Positions 49,201 through 64,000 of a DNA stretch of 64,000 bases are shown here, piece after piece. The notes under the pieces are model-generated. The model was not told where the DNA came from. It ran no database searches and worked only from the letters and a program-made list of their open reading frames with translations. The number at the start of each line of letters is the position of its first letter. The stretch's first letter is position 1. This DNA is from an uncultured Acidobacteriota bacterium (GTDB lineage: Bacteria; Acidobacteriota; Vicinamibacteria; Fen-336), in NCBI GenBank assembly GCA_963720545.1, contig OY970399.1:2176001-2240000 (forward strand), read 5' to 3'. The translations under genes were made by a program, and so were the position numbers.

Positions 49201-51389
49201 GCGAGACGCAGCAAGACACGGGCGCCATCGCCCTTTCCGGCCTCAACGACTCGCAGCGCGAGGCGGTGCTCGCGACCGACGGCGCGGTGCTGATCCTGGC
49301 TGGTGCCGGCAGCGGCAAGACCCGCGTCATCACCCGGCGCATCGCCCACCTGCTGCTCGACCGCGGCGTGCCCGCGTACCAGATCCTCGCCGTCACCTTC
49401 ACCAACAAGGCCGCGGGCGAACTGCGCCGCCGCATCGAGGAACTCGCCGGCGATGCGGCGAAGGGCGGCTTCTTCTCCACCTTCCACAGCTTCGGCGTGC
49501 GCCTGCTGCGCCGCGAAGCCGAGGCCGCGGGGCTGCCGCACGACTTCGTCATCTACGACGGCGACGACCAGCTGTCCGCGGTGCGCGAAGTGCTGAAGCG
49601 CTTCGACATGAACGAGAAGCTCTACCCGCCGCACCGCCTGCTGTCGTGGATCTCGTCGCGCAAGAACCTCGGCCGCGGCGTGGCCATGGAGCGCGACGAC
49701 GACGACAGCCCGGGCCGCTACGCCGAGATCGCCGCCGGTTACGCTGCGGTGCTCACCGCCGCGCACGCGGTCGACTTCGACGACCTGCTGCTGCGCAGCG
49801 TGGCGCTCCTCGAGCGCAATGCCGCGGTGCGCGAGGCGTGGCAGCGGCGCTTCCGCTACATCCTGGTGGACGAGTACCAGGACACGAACCGCACCCAGTA
49901 CCAGCTCATACGCCTGCTCGCGGGCGAGAGCGGCAACATCACCGTGGTCGGCGACGAGGACCAGGCGATCTACTCGTGGCGCGGCGCCGACATCCAGAAC
50001 ATCCTCGACTTCGAGGCCGACTTCAAGGGCGCCAAGGTGCTGCGCCTCGAGGACAACTACCGCAGCTCGCAGTCGATCCTCGACGCGGCCGCGGCACTGG
50101 TCGAGAACAACAAGAAGCGCAAGGGCAAGACGTTGCGCGCCGCCCGCGGCACGGGTGAGCGGGTGCGCCTGCACGCGGCTTCGGACGAGTTCGAGGAAGC
50201 GGCGCACGTGGTTTCGCACCTCGACCGCCGCGGCTCGTCGGCAATCCTGTTTCGCATCAACGCGCAGAGCCGCCTGTTCGAGGAGGCGCTGCTGCGCCAG
50301 CGCATTCCCTACGTGGTGGTCGGCGGCGTGTCCTTCTACGAGCGCAAGGAAGTGAAGGACGTGCTCGCGTACCTGCGGCTCAGCCGCAACCTCGCGGACG
50401 CGGTGGCCTTCCGGCGCATCGTCAACGTGCCGGCGCGCGGCATCGGCAAGGCCAGCCTCGACACGATCGACCGCCTGGCGGCGCAGCGCGGCATCAGCCC
50501 GTGGGACGCGCTCGGCGCCGCGATCGACGAGGCACTGGTGCCGGCGCGCGCCGCGGTCGCGATGAACGGCTTTCGCGAGCTGCTGGGGCGCCTGCAGAAA
50601 GACAGCGCCGGCCTGACGGTGCGCGGTTTCCTGGAGCGCGCCCTGCAGCTCTCCGGCTATTCGGCGGCGCTCGCCGCCGAGGACAGCGAGGAGAGCCAGG
50701 GCCGCCTCGAGAACCTCGCCGAACTGCTCTCGGCCGCGGCCGAGTTCGAGGCGCGCACCGAGCACGCCGACCTCAGCGGCTTCCTCGACCAGATAGCGCT
50801 CCTCTCCGACACCGACAAGGCGAAGGGCGAGGCGCCGGTGGTGCTGATGACGCTGCACTCGGCCAAGGGGCTCGAGTTCGACGAGGTGTTTCTCGCCGGG
50901 CTCGAGGAGGGCCTGCTGCCGCACTCGCGCAGCATCGCGAACAGCGACCAGGTCGAAGAGGAGCGGCGCCTCGCCTACGTCGGCATGACCCGGGCGCGCG
51001 AGCGGCTACAGATTTCCTTCGCGCGCAGCCGCCTCGTCTTCGGCCAGCGGCGGCTGGCGGAGCCGAGCCGCTTCGTCGCCGAGATCCCGGACCACCTGCT
51101 CAGCAAATCGCAGGACGGCCGCCACTACGAGTACGAGCCGGGCAGCCGCTCGCCGCGGGCACCGGCGTGGCCCGCGAGGACGGCCCCGCGCCTGAGCGCG
51201 GAAACCCTGCCGCCACCGCTGCCCGCGGGCAAGTTCGCCGCGGGGCAGAGGGTGCGCCATCCGCTCTTCGGCGTGGGCACCGTGCTGCGCATCGATGGCG
51301 CCGGCGATGAACTGAAGCTCACCGTCAGCTTTCCCGGCGTCGGCGCGAAGAAGCTGGTCGCGCGCTTCGCCGGCCTGGAAGCGGTCTAG
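49197..51389 (+). CDS. pcrA: UvrD/PcrA SF1 helicase
   Basis: AGAGSGKT, DEYQD, MTLHSAKGLEF and EERRLAYVGMTRA; C-terminal Tudor-like VRHPLFGVG. Confidence 0.93.
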   Translation: MSETQQDTGAIALSGLNDSQREAVLATDGAVLILAGAGSGKTRVITRRIAHLLLDRGVPAYQILAVTFTNKAAGELRRRIEELAGDAAKGGFFSTFHSFGVRLLRREAEAAGLPHDFVIYDGDDQLSAVREVLKRFDMNEKLYPPHRLLSWISSRKNLGRGVAMERDDDDSPGRYAEIAAGYAAVLTAAHAVDFDDLLLRSVALLERNAAVREAWQRRFRYILVDEYQDTNRTQYQLIRLLAGESGNITVVGDEDQAIYSWRGADIQNILDFEADFKGAKVLRLEDNYRSSQSILDAAAALVENNKKRKGKTLRAARGTGERVRLHAASDEFEEAAHVVSHLDRRGSSAILFRINAQSRLFEEALLRQRIPYVVVGGVSFYERKEVKDVLAYLRLSRNLADAVAFRRIVNVPARGIGKASLDTIDRLAAQRGISPWDALGAAIDEALVPARAAVAMNGFRELLGRLQKDSAGLTVRGFLERALQLSGYSAALAAEDSEESQGRLENLAELLSAAAEFEARTEHADLSGFLDQIALLSDTDKAKGEAPVVLMTLHSAKGLEFDEVFLAGLEEGLLPHSRSIANSDQVEEERRLAYVGMTRARERLQISFARSRLVFGQRRLAEPSRFVAEIPDHLLSKSQDGRHYEYEPGSRSPRAPAWPARTAPRLSAETLPPPLPAGKFAAGQRVRHPLFGVGTVLRIDGAGDELKLTVSFPGVGAKKLVARFAGLEAV

Positions 51390-51391
51390 GC

Positions 51392-52057
51392 CTACTTCGC
51401 GGTGAGCCCGGTGACCACCCAGCGGCTGTTGAGCTTCTGCTCGCCGCTCTTCAGCTCGTAGCGGGTCAGGGTCATGGCGTAGGGCTTGGTGTCGCCTTCG
51501 GACGTCACGTCGACGTTGACGGTCTTGGTGTTGACGTCGCCGCTCAGCGACTCGATGTCGTCGGTGGGCGAGGTCAGCGACATGGTGACGAGCCGCTTCT
51601 CGCGGTCGACCGCGGAAGTGGCCTCGGCGAGCGCCTTCTTCAGGTCGCGGTCCTTGGTGTTGAACTGGTCCCACTTGGCGGCGAAGGTCGCGAGCTTGGG
51701 CGGAATCTTGCCGCCGGAGCGCAGCAGGTCCTGCACCTGGGTGCCTTCGGCAGGGTTGTCGAGCATGAAGGTCTGCGCCGCCTTCTTGTTGGCCGCGATC
51801 TGCGCGTCGAGGTCGTTGCGCTTGGCAACGAGGTCGGCCAGCGCCGCCGGACCCTTGGTGTCGGGCTCGCTGCCCTTGATGGTCCAGCTTTGCACCGTGC
51901 CGGGGAACGGCACCGTGGCGAAGCTGGAAAGCGTCTGGGTGTCGCCGGAGCGCACCGACTTGAAGTAGTTGTCGACGATCGCGTTCTCGGGTCCGCCGCA
52001 GGCCGCGCCCAGCAGACCGACTGCAAGCACTCCCGACAGGACTGTTAGGTTCCGCAT
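51392..52057 (-). CDS. Hypothetical lipoprotein with central coiled coil
   Basis: GAGGAGG ribosome-binding site; lipobox GAA-C; 10 nt downstream of gyrA. Confidence 0.75.
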   Translation of the reverse strand: MRNLTVLSGVLAVGLLGAACGGPENAIVDNYFKSVRSGDTQTLSSFATVPFPGTVQSWTIKGSEPDTKGPAALADLVAKRNDLDAQIAANKKAAQTFMLDNPAEGTQVQDLLRSGGKIPPKLATFAAKWDQFNTKDRDLKKALAEATSAVDREKRLVTMSLTSPTDDIESLSGDVNTKTVNVDVTSEGDTKPYAMTLTRYELKSGEQKLNSRWVVTGLTAK

Positions 52058-52067
52058 GAAGACCTCC

Positions 52068-59204
<7,137 letters not shown>

Positions 59205-59480
59205 CGTCACTCTCTTTCTCTAGAGATCAATTTCATATGGGAAGTCATTGAAGTAAGGCGCGGCCCAAAGCTGTTGGCAACCGCCGCAAGGCATGGCAGG
59301 CAGGCTGTTTCGCCTGTGCAGCGTTCTGCGGAAAAGCGGCCCTGTGCCGTGCGTGCGCCTGTGCATGAAACGACCAGCCGGCAGGCGCGCACAAAGCATC
59401 CACAGGCCGTGCTGGCCGGTCGCTGTTGACGTTTGCGGGCAAAGTCATTGCAGGCCTTGGATAAGGCTGTTGATAAGCCT
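59205..59480. other. oriC, dnaA-dnaN part: DnaA-box cluster and putative unwinding element
   Basis: Box-like 9-mers TGTTGATAA (59468), GCATCCACA (59396), TGTGCATGA (59360), TGCGGAAAA (59327) and TGTTGGCAA (59272); then a GC stretch and an AT-rich segment at 59211-59255. Confidence 0.7.
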
Positions 59481-60752
59481 GTCGAATTCCGGATCCTTCT
59501 TGCGCTCGGCTTCGATCTTGCGCACCGAGTGGATCACCGTCGAATGATGCTTGCCGCCAAAGCCCTTGCCGATCTCGGGCAAGGACGCCGAGGTGAGCGC
59601 CTTGGCGAGGTACATCGCGATCTGCCGCGGGAACGCCACCGCCTTGGCGTTGTTCTTGGCCTTGAGGTCGGCCATCTTGATGCTGAACTTCTCGGCGACC
59701 GTCTTCTGGATCATCTCCATCGACACCGGCTTGCCGTCGTTCTGGATGAGGTCGCGCAGCACGTCCTGGGCGAGCGGCAGGTCGATGTCGCGCCCGGTGA
59801 GGCTGGCATACGCGATCAGGCGGATCAGGCTGCCCTCGAGCTCGCGCACGTTGGTCTTCACCTTGCTGGCGATGAAGAAGGCGACGTTCTCGGGAATCTC
59901 GACCCTTTCGGACTCCGCCTTCTTGCGCAGGATTGCGACCTTGGTCTCGATGTCCGGCGACTGGATGTCGGCGATCAGCCCCCACTCGAAGCGGCTCATC
60001 AGGCGCTCTTCGATGTTCTGGATCTGGCGCGGCGGGCAGTCGCTCGAGATCACGATCTGTTTCTGCGCATCGTGCAGGGCGTTGAACAGGTGGAAGAACT
60101 CCTCCTGGGTGCGATCCTTGCCGGCGATGAACTGGATGTCGTCGATCAGCAGCACGTCCACCTTGCGGTACTTCTGGCGAAAGGCGTTGAGGCGGTCGAA
60201 GCGCAGCGCGTTGATCATCTCGTTGATGAAGCGGTCGGAAGAGATGTAGAGCAGGCTTGAGGTGCGGTTGCGGGCGCGCACGTAGTGGCCGATCGCGTGC
60301 ATGAGGTGGGTCTTGCCCAGGCCCACCCCGCCGTAGATGAACAGCGGGTTGTAGGACTTCGAGGGAATCTCGGCCACCGCACGCGAGGCCGCGTGCGCGA
60401 ACTGGTTGGACGAGCCGACGACGAAGGTTTCGAACGTGTACTTGGGGTTGAGGATCGAGATGTCCGCGACTTCCGCCGCGTCGGGGCTTCCGGCTGCGCC
60501 TTCCGAGGGTTCGAAGGCGACCGACAAGTCGCCGCGGCCGATGTCGCTGAGCGCCTCTTCGATGACCGCCTTGTAGTTCTTGGTGAGCCAATCGCGAAAC
60601 TGGATGTTCGGCACCGAAACGATGAGCGAAGCGCCGTCCAGGGCGCGAAAGGACGTCGGGCGGAACCAGGTGGCGAAACTGTACTCGTTGACCTTGCTCT
60701 CGACTCGCGTAAGCACTCGGTCCCAAAGGCCGGCGATGTCAGACGTGGTCAA
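59445..60752 (-). CDS. dnaA: Chromosomal replication initiator DnaA
   Basis: YNPLFIYGGVGLGKTHL, LLIDDIQF, NVRELEG and GGKHHSTVIHS. Confidence 0.98.
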   Translation of the reverse strand: MTTSDIAGLWDRVLTRVESKVNEYSFATWFRPTSFRALDGASLIVSVPNIQFRDWLTKNYKAVIEEALSDIGRGDLSVAFEPSEGAAGSPDAAEVADISILNPKYTFETFVVGSSNQFAHAASRAVAEIPSKSYNPLFIYGGVGLGKTHLMHAIGHYVRARNRTSSLLYISSDRFINEMINALRFDRLNAFRQKYRKVDVLLIDDIQFIAGKDRTQEEFFHLFNALHDAQKQIVISSDCPPRQIQNIEERLMSRFEWGLIADIQSPDIETKVAILRKKAESERVEIPENVAFFIASKVKTNVRELEGSLIRLIAYASLTGRDIDLPLAQDVLRDLIQNDGKPVSMEMIQKTVAEKFSIKMADLKAKNNAKAVAFPRQIAMYLAKALTSASLPEIGKGFGGKHHSTVIHSVRKIEAERKKDPEFDRLINSLIQGLQ

Positions 60753-60940
60753 TCTTGCCCTGTTATCTTATTGAAACTAAACCACTTAATGTAATCTACA
60801 CTGCGCGCACAGAGCGCAGGTTCGAAGAAACGCCCTTTTGCACAGAGATTTCAACACCTGTGGAAAATAACGGCCAGAAAACCTTGAATAGACAGGCCTG
60901 GGAGCGCGGCTTAAGACACGAAAAATCTACCACATGGGGG
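60753..60940. promoter_or_regulatory. dnaA upstream region with DnaA boxes
   Basis: TTTTGCACA (60836-60844) and TGTGGAAAA (60859-60867) both fit TTWTNCACA; AT-rich at 60761-60800. Confidence 0.7.
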
Positions 60941-60972
60941 CCCTTCCGGCAACCATTTGACGGGCCTCGCGG

Positions 60973-61002
60973 TTGACATTTCCCGAGCGGCCTCGGTACA
61001 CT
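60973..61002 (+). promoter_or_regulatory. Sigma70 promoter of rpmH
   Basis: TTGACA-N18-TACACT. Confidence 0.7.
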
Positions 61003-61060
61003 CTAAGGCTTTGCACCTCCCGCCCTTAGCGGGATTTTGAAGAGGCCTGAAAGCAACCAA

Positions 61061-61195
61061 ATGAAGCGCACGTTCCAGCCGAACAACCGCAAGCGCAAGC
61101 GCACCCATGGTTTCCTCGTGCGGATGCGTACCAAGGGCGGCCGCCTGGTGTTGAAGCGGCGCCGGGCCAAGGGCCGCAAGCGTCTCGCGGTCTAG
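61061..61195 (+). CDS. rpmH: 50S ribosomal protein L34 (missing from the ORF track)
   Basis: Translated by hand: [44 protein letters not shown]. Confidence 0.98.
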   Translation: MKRTFQPNNRKRKRTHGFLVRMRTKGGRLVLKRRRAKGRKRLAV

Positions 61196-61245
61196 CGGGT
61201 CCCGAAGCGGGAACCGCGGCGCCAAGAGAGCGTGGTCCAGGGTGC

Positions 61246-61638
61246 ATGTCGCGGGCGGCTGCGCGCAGCCTCGGACGGCTGCGAAGCAAGGCAGATTTCC
61301 AGAAGGCCTTCAAGGAGGGGCGGCGCATCGACGGCGCCTTCTTCCTCTTCATCGCGGCGCAGAACCAGTGCGCCCAGCTGCGGCTCGGCCTCGCGGTTTC
61401 GCGGCGCGTCGGCTCGGCGGTGGTGCGCAACCGTGCCAAGCGCCTGTTGCGCGAGGCGCTGCGCCAGAGGCTGCGCAACACGGCCCTGCCGGCGCCCACG
61501 ATCGACCTGGTGCTAGTCGCGAAGCCGGATATCGGCGCCGCCACGCTGCGCGGCCTCGCGGATGAGCTCGAGCGCCGCCTCGCCCGCTTCCTCCGCGCTG
61601 GAACGCGGCCTCGTTTCGCTGCTGCTCCTCGGCATTGA
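61246..61638 (+). CDS. rnpA: Ribonuclease P protein component
   Basis: RLGLAVSRRVGSAVVRNRAKRLLRE (RNR motif). Confidence 0.93.
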   Translation: MSRAAARSLGRLRSKADFQKAFKEGRRIDGAFFLFIAAQNQCAQLRLGLAVSRRVGSAVVRNRAKRLLREALRQRLRNTALPAPTIDLVLVAKPDIGAATLRGLADELERRLARFLRAGTRPRFAAAPRH

Positions 61639-61819
61639 GGCCTACCGCGTGACCCTGTCGCCGCTCCTTGGCGGCTTTTGCCGTTTCGAGCCCACCTGCA
61701 GCCGCTACGCCGAGGAGGCGCTGCGGCGCCACGGAGCGTGGCGCGGCAGCTTCCTGGCCGCGCGGCGCCTGGGCAGCTGCCGGCCGTTCGGCCGCAGCGG
61801 CTACGACCCAGTCCCCTAA
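61562..61819 (+). CDS. yidD: Membrane protein insertion efficiency factor
   Basis: CRFEPTCSRYA..HGA..C.PF..GYDPVP. Confidence 0.93.
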   Translation: MSSSAASPASSALERGLVSLLLLGIEAYRVTLSPLLGGFCRFEPTCSRYAEEALRRHGAWRGSFLAARRLGSCRPFGRSGYDPVP

Positions 61820-61849
61820 AACGAAGAGCAAAGAGAACCAAAGAAACCG

Positions 61850-63550
61850 ATGGACGAGAAGCGGATCCTGCTGGCGTTCGTTCTGACCTACCTCCTGATC
61901 GTGGCGGTGCGCTATCTGTCGCCGCCGGCGCCGCCAAAGCCGTCGCCTGCGCCGCCCGCGGTGGCCGCTCCGGCGACGCCTGGAGCCGAGCCCGGGGCGT
62001 CGCCGGCCGCAGCGGCGCGGGCTCCGGCATCGCCGGCAAACGCGGCACCCACGCCTGCCGCCACGGCCGCCCCTGCCGTCGCCGACACGGCCGAAAAGCG
62101 CATCGAGGTCCACACGCCGGTCTTCAGCCTGGCGTTCACCAACCGCGGGGCGCGCCTGCTGTCGTGGGAGCTCGTCAACTACCGCAATGCCCGCGGCCAG
62201 CCGGAAGAAATGACCCCCGGCCTCAAGGACGGACCGAAGCCGCTCGACCTCGAGACCGGCGACGTCGAACTCGACCGGCGCCTGCGCGAGGGCCTGTTCG
62301 TCCCCTCGAGCGAGGACGTCAAGGTCGATCCCGGCGGCAGCGCCGAACTGAGTTTCCGCTTCAGTGACGGCGACCTGGCCGCCACCAAGACGCTCTCCTT
62401 TCAGTCGGGCTACCTCGTCTCGGTCGCGGCTTCGGTCGAGCGCAGCGGACGCGAGATCGGCAAGAAGATCGTCTGGGGCCCGGGCATTTCGGCGCAGAGC
62501 GAGGCCGAAAAGGCCGTGCAGGGCTATACCCCGCCGGCGGCGGTGTTCCTGAGCGGCGACTCGCTCGAAAAGCTGGCGGGCGACAAGATCGCCGGGCCGA
62601 GGGCCCTCGGCCAGGTGGTTTTCGCGGGCGTCGAGAGCCACTATTTCGCGGCGCTGTTCATGCCGAGGGACAGCGGCGCCAGCGCTGCCGTGCGGGTGTT
62701 CGCCGCGCCGGGGGCCGACGGCAAGCCGCACCAGTCGCCGGTCGCCGAACTGGACCTCGGGACCGGGACCGGGGCCGCCAGCCTCTACGTCGGGCCCAAG
62801 GACCACACCTTGCTGGCCCGTATAGACCCGTCGCTCGCCAGGGTGGTCGAAGTCGGCAGCTGGATCGGGCCGATCGTGGTGCCGATGATCGCGCTCCTCA
62901 AGTGGCTGTACGGCTGGATCGGCAACTACGGATGGGCGATCGTGCTGCTGACGGTCGGCATCAACCTGGTGATGGGCCCGCTGCGCCACATGTCGATCGC
63001 CAACGGCGTCAAGATGGCGAAGCTGAGCCCGGAGATGCGGGTCATCCAGGAGCGTTACCGCAAGGTGCCGGCGCTCGATCCCAAGCGCCAGGACATGCAC
63101 AAGGAGATCCAGGCGCTCTACGCCCGCCACGGCATGAGCATGAGCTCGCAGATGACCGTCGGCTGCCTGCCGCTGCTCATCACCATGCCCTTCCTGTTCG
63201 CGATCTACCGCGTGCTGCAGGTGAGCATCGAATTGCGCGGCGCGCACTTCCTGTGGATTCCGGACTTGAGCCAGAAGGATCCTTACTTCATCATTCCGGT
63301 CTTGATGGGCCTTTCGATGTTCCTGATGCAGCGGATGATGCCGTCGGCGATGGATCCGGCGCAGCAACGCATCATGATGCTGATGCCGCTGATGTTCACG
63401 GTGATGTTCTTCGCCGCGCCCGCCGGCATGAACCTCTACTGGCTCACCTCCAACGTCTGCTCGATCATTCAGCAGACGATCACCCTCAAGCTGGTGGGCG
63501 GCCGCGCCGCGCTGTCGCCGGCCCGCTCCGGGAAAGGGGCCGCGCGATGA
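61850..63550 (+). CDS. yidC: Membrane protein insertase YidC
   Basis: YVGPK, GNYGWAIVLLT, GCLPLLI, WIPDLS..DPY and LYWLTSN. Confidence 0.96.
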   Translation: MDEKRILLAFVLTYLLIVAVRYLSPPAPPKPSPAPPAVAAPATPGAEPGASPAAAARAPASPANAAPTPAATAAPAVADTAEKRIEVHTPVFSLAFTNRGARLLSWELVNYRNARGQPEEMTPGLKDGPKPLDLETGDVELDRRLREGLFVPSSEDVKVDPGGSAELSFRFSDGDLAATKTLSFQSGYLVSVAASVERSGREIGKKIVWGPGISAQSEAEKAVQGYTPPAAVFLSGDSLEKLAGDKIAGPRALGQVVFAGVESHYFAALFMPRDSGASAAVRVFAAPGADGKPHQSPVAELDLGTGTGAASLYVGPKDHTLLARIDPSLARVVEVGSWIGPIVVPMIALLKWLYGWIGNYGWAIVLLTVGINLVMGPLRHMSIANGVKMAKLSPEMRVIQERYRKVPALDPKRQDMHKEIQALYARHGMSMSSQMTVGCLPLLITMPFLFAIYRVLQVSIELRGAHFLWIPDLSQKDPYFIIPVLMGLSMFLMQRMMPSAMDPAQQRIMMLMPLMFTVMFFAAPAGMNLYWLTSNVCSIIQQTITLKLVGGRAALSPARSGKGAAR

Positions 63551-64000
63551 AGGACGCCGTCTTCACCGGGAAGGACGTCGCGGAGGCGCTGCTGCGCGCC
63601 GCGGAGAGCCTGGGCGTTGCCGCCGCGCAGATCCATCACGTCGTGGTCGATGCCGGTTCGCCGGCGACACCCGGCCGGGCGGCGACGCCGGCGCGCATCG
63701 CCGTCATGCTCGAGACCCTGAAGCCGGCGCGCGCCACCGCACCCGTGCAGACATCGGCCGCCGCCGGCCCGGAAGCGCGCGCGCCGCGCCCCGGCCGCGG
63801 CCGCCGTGACCACGACGCAGCCGCCGCCCCTCGCGAGACGCCGCGCCCGCCCGCTTCCGAGGCGGCAGCCGAGTTCGGCAGCTCGGTGGTGAGCCTGGGC
63901 CAGGCGTTTGCGGCGGCGCTGCAGGTGCCCTTCGAGATGGCGGTCGACCGCCAGGGCGAACGCATCAGCGTCGGCGTCTCCGGCGCGGGCGCCGAAGCGC
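63547..64000 (+). CDS. jag: Jag/KhpB (EloR) RNA-binding protein, 3' end outside the window
   Basis: MKDAVFTGKDVAEALLRAAESLG resembles Jag_N; ATGA overlap with yidC; canonical position. Confidence 0.8.
   Translation, partial: MKDAVFTGKDVAEALLRAAESLGVAAAQIHHVVVDAGSPATPGRAATPARIAVMLETLKPARATAPVQTSAAAGPEARAPRPGRGRRDHDAAAAPRETPRPPASEAAAEFGSSVVSLGQAFAAALQVPFEMAVDRQGERISVGVSGAGAEA

Noticed and set aside
61195..61217. Hairpin after rpmH, and a GC hairpin at 663-679
   Set aside because: No U-tract and GC-rich background; insufficient support for a terminator call.
61562..61638. 77-nt rnpA/yidD overlap
   Set aside because: Overlap of these two genes is common, and the yidD start is uncertain.

Overview
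A high-GC (about 70%) bacterial chromosome segment that contains the replication-origin gene cluster. The diderm gene set (lpxC, TAM, Omp85) and the gene order are consistent with Acidobacteriota, possibly Vicinamibacteria; this is an inference. The right end holds the conserved block jag-yidC-yidD-rnpA-rpmH | dnaA-dnaN-recF-gyrB-gyrA, with DnaA boxes on both sides of dnaA and a box/GC/trio-like unwinding element between dnaA and dnaN. The rest is mostly core and envelope genes: pcrA, glmS, lpxC, rplU-rpmA-obgE-nadD-rsfS, dksA, comF, dprA-topA-trmFO-xerC, an acyl-CoA carboxylase run tightly linked to tamB-tamA-SurA-like genes, glycosyltransferases, two ECF sigma loci, an M14 peptidase and a DUF5916-like barrel. 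I found no mobile elements, CRISPR arrays, rRNA or tRNA. The most notable items are: (1) a sigma54-promoter-led operon of TPR protein, lipoprotein and a gluzincin/beta-propeller/Omp85 fusion; (2) a regulatory-domain-less sigma54 activator with a Walker B E->Q change, a switch Asn->His change and GAFTDA; (3) lpxC behind a textbook sigma54/IHF/enhancer promoter, probably leaderless; (4) a stand-alone GlmU acetyltransferase domain; (5) an S1-P1/PLC-like protein that has lost its zinc ligands, next to an ECF sigma-STAS-orphan operon; (6) a one-base frameshift in nadD that puts it in frame with rsfS.
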